DNA from: Candidatus Zambryskiibacteriota bacterium
Lineage (GTDB): Bacteria; Patescibacteriota; Minisyncoccia; Phycocordibacterales; DATDWN01
DNA: 64,000 nt
Assembly: GCA_026394775.1 (NCBI GenBank)
Contig: JAPLZY010000008.1
Span: 53,367-117,366 of the forward strand
Reading direction: 5' to 3'
How positions within the stretch are numbered: position 1 is the stretch's first letter; every line of letters starts with the position of its first letter. The notes under the pieces were generated by a model. It saw only the letters and a list, made by a program, of their open reading frames with translations. It was not told the origin of the DNA and did no database searches. The position numbers and the translations under genes are program-made. Below are positions 21,276 through 29,732 of the stretch, piece after piece.

Positions 21276-21396
21276 ACGTCCATATTTGGCCAATCTCATC
21301 GTCTAAAATATAAAAAATATTCTCCACCGTACAACGAGTACGTCTGCAAATATTTTTTATATTTTATACGCGACCTTGGCTCAAATCTGAACGTCT
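21274..21396 (-). repeat. ~123-nt imperfect long-hairpin element, copy A
   Basis: Self-complementary; shares the 18-mer CAAGGTCGCGTATAAAAT (reverse strand) with copy B. Confidence 0.8.
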
Positions 21397-21484
21397 TAGA
21401 ATTCATATTTCAATAAAAACCGGGCAACCGGTTTTTTGGTAAATGAAATCCCCGCCGGTTGAGCCGGCGGGGAGGTTAGGAAAC

Positions 21485-21880
21485 TTATTGCTTCGGTTCG
21501 CGTCTGCGAACTCCAAGCAAAACCAGTTGATCGGGAACTTCTTGTTTAGAGTTCATAAACGGTTTAACGACAAACCGTAGTGCGTCGATGAAATCGTCGA
21601 CACTGACTCCGAACATCCAATTCCCCCAGGCGATCTTGCCTTGTTCGATATGAATCTGGTCGATTGAATCCGACCCGCTCCATTTGAAGGCGATGATTCG
21701 CTCCAGGGCGAACAGTTGCTCTGGGGTAAGACGGTGGATGAGGAATTCTTCCGTCATCCTTGCCGCATTCCAGCTCATTGTCGCGAGGTTTGCGCTGTCT
21801 GTAAGACCGCACATCTGGCGCTCAAGACGAGCAAGCTCTTGTTCAGAGAACTTGCCGATAGGGAGGGTTTGATTTGTCAT
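21485..21880 (-). CDS. Hypothetical protein in a GC-richer cassette
   Basis: 131 aa; own TTGACA-17-TATAGT promoter and CCCCGCCGG/CCGGCGGGG terminator. Confidence 0.65.
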   Translation of the reverse strand: MTNQTLPIGKFSEQELARLERQMCGLTDSANLATMSWNAARMTEEFLIHRLTPEQLFALERIIAFKWSGSDSIDQIHIEQGKIAWGNWMFGVSVDDFIDALRFVVKPFMNSKQEVPDQLVLLGVRRREPKQ

Positions 21881-21964
21881 ATGTTCTGTTTATACTATAC
21901 ACCCTATTAGTATACTTGTCAAGTAGTTTTGAACCAAAAAACAAGGCTTTTAAATATAAAGAAT

Positions 21965-22086
21965 CTCGGAGAATTTTTGGACAAGGTCGCGTATAAAATC
22001 GGCAAAAGGAACGGAGGCGTAGTTAGCGCTACGGTGAGTACCTTTTGCCGATTTTAGGCGATGAAATTGTGCCAAAAAGGCCCGAG
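21965..22086 (+). repeat. ~122-nt imperfect long-hairpin element, copy B
   Basis: CTCGG...CAAGGTCGCGTATAAAATCGGCAAAAGG...CCTTTTGCCGATTTTAGGCGATGAAATTG...CCGAG. Confidence 0.8.
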
Positions 22087-22118
22087 CTGTAGCCATAAAA
22101 ACCACTTTCTACCACGCT

Positions 22119-22146
22119 TGACTTAGTTGGGAATATGACTATACTG
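22119..22146 (+). promoter_or_regulatory. Promoter of the 16S unit
   Basis: TTGACT...TATACT about 300 nt upstream of 16S. Confidence 0.65.
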
Positions 22147-22744
22147 TATGGGTGCTTAAAAAAGCACGAGTTCGTTGACATTTCAATATTGAATTAAGAA
22201 GACAGGTGGTATTTTTGCTTAGGCAGAGGTGCCACCATTGAAGAGAATGCAAGTTCTCAAATTTCTTTTAATTTCCGGATAGTAGTAACTTTCAAACTAC
22301 GATCTATACAATTCATCAATTTACAAGCAGCGCTTCCTGAGCTGTCAAAGAACAAACCAGGAATAAAAAATAAGATATCAGTTAGCAATAATTAGTATTC
22401 TATATTTTGTTCCGTTCTATATAAAATTTGCTTTTGCAATTTTTACCAAGAGTTTGATCCTAGCTCAGGATGAACGCTGGCGGCGTGGATAAGGCATGCA
22501 AGTCGAGCGCCTCGCAAGAGGAGCGGCGAACGAGGTAGTAACACGTTGGTACACACCCTTTAGTCAGGAATAACTAGTCGAAAGATTAGCTAATACTTGA
22601 TAGTCTCTTCGGAGTAAAGATTTATCGCTAAAGGAGTGGCCTGCGGAGTATCAGCTAGTTGGTAAGGTAATGGCTTACCAAGGCTATGACGCTTAGAGGA
22701 CCTGAGAGGGTGACCCTCACCGATGGTACTGAGACACGGACCAT

Positions 22745-22775
<31 letters not shown>

Positions 22776-22903
22776 CCGCAATGGGCGAAAGCCTGACGGA
22801 GCGACGCCGCGTGATTGATGAAGTCCCTCTGGGATGTAAAGATCTTTTATGAGGGAGAAAGTTTATTGATAGTACCTCATGAATAAGGGGTTGCTAAACT
22901 CGT

Positions 22904-23837
22904 GAGAGGCAGATTAAGCATCTGCAATCCTAATTTAGTAACAGCATTAAAAATTCGTATTTACCGTGCGCGACTTTGAACCGTAAGGTTCTTAGCAAAT
23001 TCGGCTTATATGCTGGGACTCTGTACAGAGCTGCGTTCAACACATGTTGAATTCTCTACAGACAATCAGCAGGGAAGTCGGATATAATAAAGGTAATGTC
23101 TTTATCGCAAATTCAACAATATATTCTCACAGGGCTTTTGCTTGGAGATGGTTGTCTTGAACGAAAGTCCAAGAACAGCCGACTCCAGGTCAAACAGTCA
23201 GTAGGTAAGAAAGAATATGTATTCTGGTTATATAATTATTTTTCTGAATTCGTAAAAACTCCTCCCCAACAAAGGAAGGATACAAATCAGTGGTATTTTG
23301 CCACTCGATCTTTATCTCAATTTGAAGAATGGAATGCGGTGTTTTACAAAAACAGAAAGAAAATTGTTCCAGAAAATATATCAGAGTTATTGGCTTCGCC
23401 GATAACACTTGCCGTATGGATGATGGAACTCTCGATTATCGAGAGAAATCACATTATTCATTTACCTATAGTACTGACTCGTTTAGTGTAGAAGAGGTTT
23501 CTCTTCTACAGGATGCTTTGTTAGAAAACTTTGGGATAGAATCATCGATTCAAACTCCAAAGTCGCGAGGAAAAAAATATACAAAATTGTATATTGGAAA
23601 AAATGGGCGAGAGCGATTTATAAAAATCATTCAGCCTCACATCCTCGATTGTTTTCCGTATAAAGTGCCTCCAATTATATCTTGACCCCTCAGAGACTGA
23701 TCCTGCGGACATATTAATGTATGTCTTGAGGGTGAGATAGAGAGATTTTTTTAAATCTTCTATCAGACGCCGAACCCCATTTTTTATAGAATGGGTGATG
23801 ATATAGTCCAATCCTCGTAGTGATATGAGAACAACTG
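22904..23837 (+). mobile_element. Group I intron at 16S ~U516
   Basis: Splits CTCGT|GCCAGCAGCAGCGGTAA; ATGCTGGGA, AATCAGCAGG, TCAGAGACT, GATATAGTCC; terminal G. Confidence 0.92.
23096..23685 (+). pseudogene. Two-motif LAGLIDADG endonuclease frameshifted at the second motif
   Basis: GLLLGDG...LAVW in one frame, MDDGTL...C-terminus in another; junction near 23415. Confidence 0.85.
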
Positions 23838-24470
23838 GCCAGCAGCAGCGGTAATACGAGTGCCCCAAGCGTTATCCGGAATTATTGGGCGTAAAGGGTG
23901 TGTAGGTGGTAGTGTTAGTCTTTTGTAAAATCTCCAGGCTTAACCTGGAAACCGCGAAAGAAACGGCACAACTAGAGGGTGCGAGGGATGTATGGAACTC
24001 ATGGAGTAGGGGTGAAATCCGTTGATATCATGGGGAACACCAAAAGCGAAGGCAATACATTGGCGCATTCCTGACACTGAAACACGAAAGCGTGGGTAGC
24101 GAATGGGATTAGATACCCCAGTAGTCCACGCCCTAAACGATCTTCTCTAGCTTTTCGGAGTATCGACCCTCTGAGAGGCGAAGCTAACGCGTTAAGAGAA
24201 GCGCCTGGGTAGTACGACCGCAAGGTTAAAACTCAAAGGAATAGACGGGGACTTGCACAAGCAGAGGATTATGTGGTTTAATTCGACGATAAACGAAGAA
24301 TCTTACCAAGGTTTGAAACCTAGCTGAATATATTTGGAAACAGATATAGTCTCACAAGGACAGTTAGGCAGGTGATGCATGGCCGTCGTCAGTTCGTGAT
24401 TTGAATTGTTCCCTTAAGTGGGGTAACGAACGCAACCCTCGTTGTCTGTTACAAGTGTCAGGCGAGACTG

Positions 24471-24613
24471 CTCAGCTCTTTGCGTAGAAAAGCAAAGAGG
24501 ACATAAAACAGAAACGAGATGAAACGATAACTATAAATAATAAGTAGAAAGTAAAAGAAGGAAGTGATTCGGGACGTCCCGTTTCTGTTAGCTTTTGTAA
24601 ATAAAGAGCTGAG
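24471..24613 (+). other. ~140-nt extension of 16S helix 40
   Basis: CTCAGCTCTTT/AAAGAGCTGAG stem between GAGACTG and GAGGAAGGTGAGGATGACG. Confidence 0.8.
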
Positions 24614-24840
24614 AGGAAGGTGAGGATGACGCCAGGTCAGCATGTCCCTCTGATACCTTGGGCTACACACATAATACAATGGTCACTACAACGCGTCGCG
24701 ACGGGGAAACCCTGAGCCAATCGTAATAAAAGTGGCCCCAGTTCGGATTGAGGGCTGAAACTCGACCTCATGAAGTTGGATTTGCTAGTAATCGCGGGTC
24801 AGACATACCGCGGTGAATACGTTCTCAAGTCTTGTACTCA

Positions 24841-25259
24841 AAATTAAAAGCGCCGGGCAGGTAATAAATCTAGTTGGTTAAAATCCAACCTTGAAAAAGT
24901 AGCGAAAGGGTAATCTGCTGACCGTGAGGTTGGCAGGTGAAGGATCCTAGTAGCAAAAAGCAGCCTATTTATAAAAAGAGAGGTACGACCCATCAGGTGA
25001 GTCATGGGGAAGTATCAACAAAATTAAGTTTTTGGTCTCAAGTAGGATGCAAGGAACAGAGTTATTACTGACCCCTGGGAGATCTCATGGTGTAAAAGAC
25101 AATGAATAAGTACCTTGAGAAGTCAGCTGCGTCGTAGTAGTTTCGATCTAGTATCGGAATGAAGGACAAAATCGTTAGTTTTTGAAACTAACGAACTCGC
25201 GTAGTGCGGGAAATCCGCACGCTACGTGGGAACGCGAAATATTGTTAAATTATCGCCAT
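24841..25259 (+). mobile_element. ORF-less group II (IIC-like) intron at 16S ~1398/1399
   Basis: Splits CTTGTACTCA|CCGCCCGTCA; domain V TCGCGTAGTGCGG-GAAA-TCCGCACGCTACGTGG; ends AT; loop GGTGAGT complementary to the exon junction. Confidence 0.85.
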
Positions 25260-25622
25260 CCGCCCGTCAACTCAAGGGAGATGGGAATACCCGAAGCCTC
25301 ACGTATGTGAGTTCACGGTAAGTTCATCGACAGGGAGTAAGTCGTAACAAGGCACGGCTAGCGGAAGCTGGTCGTGGATTAATTCAATTTGAAACCTATT
25401 TCGCTTTGCGAAATATTAAGGTGTCGATATTGGAGATCTCGATCGAGTCTCTAATGGACTATGACTGTAGTCTTAAAAACAGTATGACACCAGAGAAAGA
25501 TCTGGTAGAACGGAACAAAATATAGAATAGTATTTTTAGAAAAAACGCCCATAACAAGGCGTTTTTTCTATGTAAAAACAAAGCTTGACTTATAGAAGTC
25601 ATGCGTTGTATAATATTTTCAG

Positions 25623-25865
25623 ATGAGATACCAAAAAACAATCACATGTTTGTTTATGGTTTTGGCAATCGGTCTGCTTTGCGGTATCAAGCCTGATCAG
25701 ACGGCGTTGTCATCGGTCCTGCACGTAGCAGGGATTGTCGTGTGTATTGTGGTGCTTTTCTTCAATGATGTGCTTCCTGATCTTCAGGGGGCAAAAAAAG
25801 AAGAGTGGGAGATGCGCCACCCTGCCTCAAATAATCCTTCGCGTCACCTTGTCGTGCGGAGGTAA
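25623..25865 (+). CDS. Small two-TM hypothetical protein
   Basis: 80 aa; TTGACT/TATAAT promoter 8 nt before ATG; GC hairpins downstream. Confidence 0.6.
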   Translation: MRYQKTITCLFMVLAIGLLCGIKPDQTALSSVLHVAGIVVCIVVLFFNDVLPDLQGAKKEEWEMRHPASNNPSRHLVVRR

Positions 25866-25991
25866 AATTTTGGAAGACCGCCGAGTCTTCCAACAAAGCC
25901 GGTATGCCCTGCGGGATCCGGCTTTTGTCTTGTAAAAATGACCTTTTTCTGATATATTTTTGTGGTTATTGTTTTAGAAATTGTGTTAAAA

Positions 25992-26115
25992 GTGCGCGTG
26001 TAGCTCAGCTGGTGGAGTGAGGTTGGGTAGGGACCCAACCGCAAGACCGGAGGCCGACGGGCCGAGGTGGGGTCGCGAGCAAAGTCAGTAGACTTTGACA
26101 TGTGGCATCGACTGA
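25992..26115 (+). pseudogene. 5'-half tRNA-Ile duplicate interrupted by a hairpin element
   Basis: GTGCGCGTGTAGCTCAGCTGGTGGAG ... GCATCGACTGA match the 5' half of the intact tRNA. Confidence 0.85.
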
Positions 26116-26177
26116 CCTCTTGCAGAGGCTGTATACCTTTTGGATCTTTTTCAAAAAATAATAATAATTGATTCTGT

Positions 26178-26250
26178 GCGCGTGTAGCTCAGCTGGTAGA
26201 GCAATCGACTGATACTCGGTAGGTCCCAAGTTCGACCCTTGGCACGCGCA
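26178..26250 (+). tRNA. tRNA-Ile(GAT), CCA not encoded
   Basis: Acceptor GCGCGTG/CACGCGC, D arm GCTC/GAGC, anticodon arm ATCGA-CTGATAC-TCGGT, T arm CCAAG-TTCGACC-CTTGG. Confidence 0.93.
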
Positions 26251-26317
26251 CAAAGTCTGGAATTATTATTTTTTTAAAAAATCTCAAAAAGTCTTGTGAA
26301 ATGAAGTCAGTCACTTT

Positions 26318-26452
26318 TACTCGGTAGGCTGAGGTTGGGGAGGGACCCAACCGAAGAACCTTTTGAGGTTTTTTATGAGTTTGCGAAATAAAAAATCCAA
26401 AAGGTATACTGCGCCTGTAGGGCGACATGTCGACCCTTGGCACGCGCACAAA
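26318..26452 (+). pseudogene. 3'-half tRNA-Ile duplicate interrupted by a hairpin element
   Basis: TACTCGGTAGG ... TCGACCCTTGGCACGCGCACAAA match the 3' half of the intact tRNA. Confidence 0.85.
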
Positions 26453-26549
26453 ATTCGGTATATACAAACAAAAGATTTCAGATTGCTTCAGAAATCAATA
26501 GATTGCATTATTTCTAGTTTGTGTTTATATAATAGATGGGAGGTGCCAA

Positions 26550-26732
26550 ATGTTTGCACCAGTTCCTCGATTCAACATCATTCGGAAAGTAAAAAATACC
26601 TACTTTTCCTGGTTTTCACCGCTCGAGGTTAGTGTGGGAGTAGTAATACTTCTCGTGCTCGCCTACTATGCAGTGTTACTTTTGGGACCCTGGCTCGCTG
26701 CCTTTGATCCCTCCACCTGGAAGCATGTCTAA
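26550..26732 (+). CDS. 60-aa single-TM protein
   Basis: TATAAT, GGAGGT SD, hydrophobic helix, terminator GCGCCGTA-GCGA-TACGGCGC-TTTT. Confidence 0.6.
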   Translation: MFAPVPRFNIIRKVKNTYFSWFSPLEVSVGVVILLVLAYYAVLLLGPWLAAFDPSTWKHV

Positions 26733-26813
26733 ACCTTTTCAGAGGCGCCGTAGCGATACGGCGCTTTTCGCTTCCTTGCCACAAGAGCATCTAGGGTATA
26801 GGATAAAAGCTAT

Positions 26814-27455
26814 ATGAAAAAAACATTTAGTGTTGTTGAGGTTTTAAAAAGTGCTTGGCAGTTATTTTTAATACACAAGAAGTTCTATATTAAGACGGTT
26901 TTGATATATGGACTTATTGCGGTTGCGGCCGACCTGCTTTCAGGTGATAAGTCGATGCGACTTGTTGATACTATCCTCGGACTCGTGAGCACTATATCTT
27001 CATGGTATGGAACTTTTATCTTAATAAAGGCCTCTTTGTCTCTTACGCAAAACAAACCCATCCCGACAGACGTTTCCAGTCTTAGTTTGATGTCTGCTGT
27101 ATATCTTGTGCTCGCATCTATTCTAGTTGCGTGTGGTGTATTTTTGGGACTCATTTTATTTATTGTCCCAGGTCTTATCTTTGCGGTACGAAGTTCTCTT
27201 GCTCAGTACATCATCATTGATCAAAATGAAAAAGTGATCCCTGCAATCAAAAAAAGTATGGCGCTGACAAAAGGGTATTTTTGGAGTTTTGCTCGACTGA
27301 TTCTTTGTATTTGTGTTCTCGGTCTTCTTTCTATGTTTCCACTATTTGGACTCGGCTTCATTGTTCTTATTCCCGTATCAACGATAGCAATGTCTTTGGT
27401 GTATCGAAAGATAAGTAAAATGAACGAGGGATCTTTAGAACAAGTTATTGTATAA
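26814..27455 (+). CDS. Integral membrane protein
   Basis: GLILFIVPG...AIKKS..LTKGYFW motif of a common membrane family. Confidence 0.8.
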   Translation: MKKTFSVVEVLKSAWQLFLIHKKFYIKTVLIYGLIAVAADLLSGDKSMRLVDTILGLVSTISSWYGTFILIKASLSLTQNKPIPTDVSSLSLMSAVYLVLASILVACGVFLGLILFIVPGLIFAVRSSLAQYIIIDQNEKVIPAIKKSMALTKGYFWSFARLILCICVLGLLSMFPLFGLGFIVLIPVSTIAMSLVYRKISKMNEGSLEQVIV

Positions 27456-27482
27456 ATTTAAGTTGTGTGCTTTAATATTTTA

Positions 27483-27572
27483 ATGGATCTCGGGAAAATT
27501 ACGAAAGGCCTCCTTGTTGGGGCAAGTGTACTTTCTTGTGTCACGGCTTTCGCCTTGATACTCACCAGATAA
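27483..27572 (+). CDS. 29-aa hydrophobic peptide
   Basis: MDLGKITKGLLVGASVLSCVTAFALILTR, followed by GGGTGCCC-GCGA-GGGCACCC-TTTTT. Confidence 0.45.
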   Translation: MDLGKITKGLLVGASVLSCVTAFALILTR

Positions 27573-27629
27573 CCCAAGGGGTGCCCGCGAGGGCACCCTT
27601 TTTGCCGGAAGATGTTGTATACTTTACAT

Positions 27630-27722
27630 ATGATACACGCTGTCACATTGCTCGTATTAGTCTTTGGTGAGTCGGGTGCCTTGTTTTATGGCGTCTGGTC
27701 TCTCACCAAAGGCAACTGTTAA
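27630..27722 (+). CDS. 30-aa hydrophobic peptide
   Basis: MIHAVTLLVLVFGESGALFYGVWSLTKGNC; TATACT 6 nt upstream; hairpin CAGGCGCCTC-AACA-GAGGCGCCTG downstream. Confidence 0.45.
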   Translation: MIHAVTLLVLVFGESGALFYGVWSLTKGNC

Positions 27723-27857
27723 CTAACCCAGGCGCCTCAACAGAGGCGCCTGTACTTTAATACACCTACTCGCATTTTTCTTCTTTTTCCTGTACAATAC
27801 CGTCTTGTGGATTAGAGTCCTCAAACATTATTTACCGTTTAATTAATAAGTTTCAGT

Positions 27858-29261
27858 ATGAAAAAAACAAAAATTGTAGCAACTATAGGTCCTGCAACAG
27901 AGAGTGAAGCAATGCTTACAAAGCTTCTAGAGGCAGGTATGAACGTGATGCGTCTCAACTTTTCGCACGGAGATTTCAAAGAACATCAGGATCGAGTAAA
28001 CAATCTTCGAAAAGCAATGAAGAAGACAGGAATGCCTGCAGCAATTCTTCAAGACCTCGGTGGACCAAAGATCCGTATTGGAATGTTTAAAACAGACTCT
28101 GTAATGTTGAAAGTAGGACAGACATTTACACTCACTACTGACAAGATTGAAGGGGATGAAAATATCGTTTCTATCAACTACCCACTTCTTCCAAAAGAAG
28201 TACAGAAAGGTCACATCATCTTTTTGCATGATGGAAAAAAGAAACTCCAGGTTACCGATATCAAAGGTAACAATGTGGTATGTAAAGTTCTCGTGGGCGG
28301 GGATATAAAAGGAAAGCGTGGAGTAAACCTCCCGGACTCTGATCTTTCTATTAAAGCACTCACTGACAAAGATCTTGCTGATCTTGAGTTTGGTATTAAA
28401 AACAAAGTAGACTATGTCGCACTTTCTTTTGTACGACGACCATCAGATATTACTGAGCTTCGTGAAATCCTTAACAAACGAAAATGTGATGCAGGTATTA
28501 TCGCAAAGATAGAGACACCACAGGCAATCGAAAACATTGATGAGATTATTGCTCTCTGTGACGGTATCATGGTAGCTCGAGGAGACTTGGCTATCGAAGT
28601 GCCCTATGCAAAAGTGCCAATGATGCAGAAAATGATGATCGAAAAGTGTAATGCACTCGGTAAGCCAATCATTACTGCAACTCAGATGATGGAGTCTATG
28701 ATCAAGTCACCTGTAGCAACACGAGCTGAAGTTTCAGACGTTGCAAACGCTATTATCGACGGTACTGATGCAGTGATGCTTTCAGAGGAAACTACTCTTG
28801 GAGAATTTTCTGTAGAGGCTGTGACTGTTATGGCGACTGTGGCAGAAGAAATCGAGTCTGAATACTCAACTGGTTTTGCAATTTCAGAAACACCAGAAGG
28901 GACTTTGTCATCTGTCGATGCACTCTCTGCAGGAGTAGTAAATGTGGCTGAAGACACTGCAAGTGAAGCGATCATTGTCCTTTCAGACGATGCATCTGCT
29001 GCTCAAATGGTTTCTCGGTTTAAAGCTTCAATGCCTGTAATCGCAGCGACAACCAATGAACGAACTTACAATAAGCTTAGTCTTTCATGGGGTGTAACAC
29101 CACTTCTTGTAAAGAAAGCAAAGACTTTCGCTGAAGCACTCAAGGGAGTAAAAGCAGAGGTTGTGAAAATGAAAGTAGGATCAAAGGGAGATACAGTTTC
29201 AGTGCTTGGATCAATGGATCAAAAAGGAGAAGCAAACATTCTTTTTGTGGACAAAATATAA
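27858..29261 (+). CDS. pyk: Pyruvate kinase
   Basis: KTKIVATIGPA, RLNFSHG, AKIE, MVARGDL, ATQMMESM, DAVMLSEET. Confidence 0.98.
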   Translation: MKKTKIVATIGPATESEAMLTKLLEAGMNVMRLNFSHGDFKEHQDRVNNLRKAMKKTGMPAAILQDLGGPKIRIGMFKTDSVMLKVGQTFTLTTDKIEGDENIVSINYPLLPKEVQKGHIIFLHDGKKKLQVTDIKGNNVVCKVLVGGDIKGKRGVNLPDSDLSIKALTDKDLADLEFGIKNKVDYVALSFVRRPSDITELREILNKRKCDAGIIAKIETPQAIENIDEIIALCDGIMVARGDLAIEVPYAKVPMMQKMMIEKCNALGKPIITATQMMESMIKSPVATRAEVSDVANAIIDGTDAVMLSEETTLGEFSVEAVTVMATVAEEIESEYSTGFAISETPEGTLSSVDALSAGVVNVAEDTASEAIIVLSDDASAAQMVSRFKASMPVIAATTNERTYNKLSLSWGVTPLLVKKAKTFAEALKGVKAEVVKMKVGSKGDTVSVLGSMDQKGEANILFVDKI

Positions 29262-29325
29262 AACTACACCATACTTTTAAAAATTTGATGGGGACCATCA
29301 AATTCAGCAAATTGTGGTTATGTGC

Positions 29326-29354
29326 AAAAAACAGCTCCATTGGGGCTGTTTTTG
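29326..29354 (+). terminator. Intrinsic terminator after pyk
   Basis: AAAAACAGCTCC-ATT-GGGGCTGTTTTT. Confidence 0.75.
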
Positions 29355-29450
29355 TTAACCTAAAAAAACAATCTTGTTTATTTCAAAAAAATGTTTTCCG
29401 CTACCGTATTCACTTTTTACTTTCGACACTTGGGGCTATAATGTGACCAC

Positions 29451-29732
29451 ATGATCACATCAAGACGCAATCTTATTCTCGGTATCTGCATTGTCATTAT
29501 TCCATTTCTTGGCTTTCCTTCGCTATGGAAAACTTTTTTTGTGGTTGCCTCAGGTTTGGTGCTTGTTGGTTTTTCTGTCCAGATTAATATTCCTAAAAAG
29601 ATAGTGAGAAAAGCTCGCCGGAAAGAAACTATCGCTACTGCGTTTCGTGAAAGCATAATGAGTAGTCCTCGAAGTAAAGAAAAAAATACTGATCTTGCTC
29701 GAGTTGATACTACCGAAGAAAATGAACAATGA
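29451..29732 (+). CDS. Small two-TM hypothetical protein
   Basis: IIPFLGFPSLWK pattern; overlaps the next start (ATGA). Confidence 0.7.
   Translation: MITSRRNLILGICIVIIPFLGFPSLWKTFFVVASGLVLVGFSVQINIPKKIVRKARRKETIATAFRESIMSSPRSKEKNTDLARVDTTEENEQ

Noticed and set aside
25992-26452. Prophage/ICE att sites or spliceable tRNA introns
   Set aside because: No integrase nearby, both tRNA halves are duplicated, and removing the inserts does not restore a complete T-stem.
23542-26632. ORFs over the 16S gene and tRNA locus (23542, 23999, 24458, 25459, 25844, 26005, 26189, 26363)
   Set aside because: Shadow frames of structural RNA and repeats; shared peptides such as LRLGP only reflect the DNA repeat.
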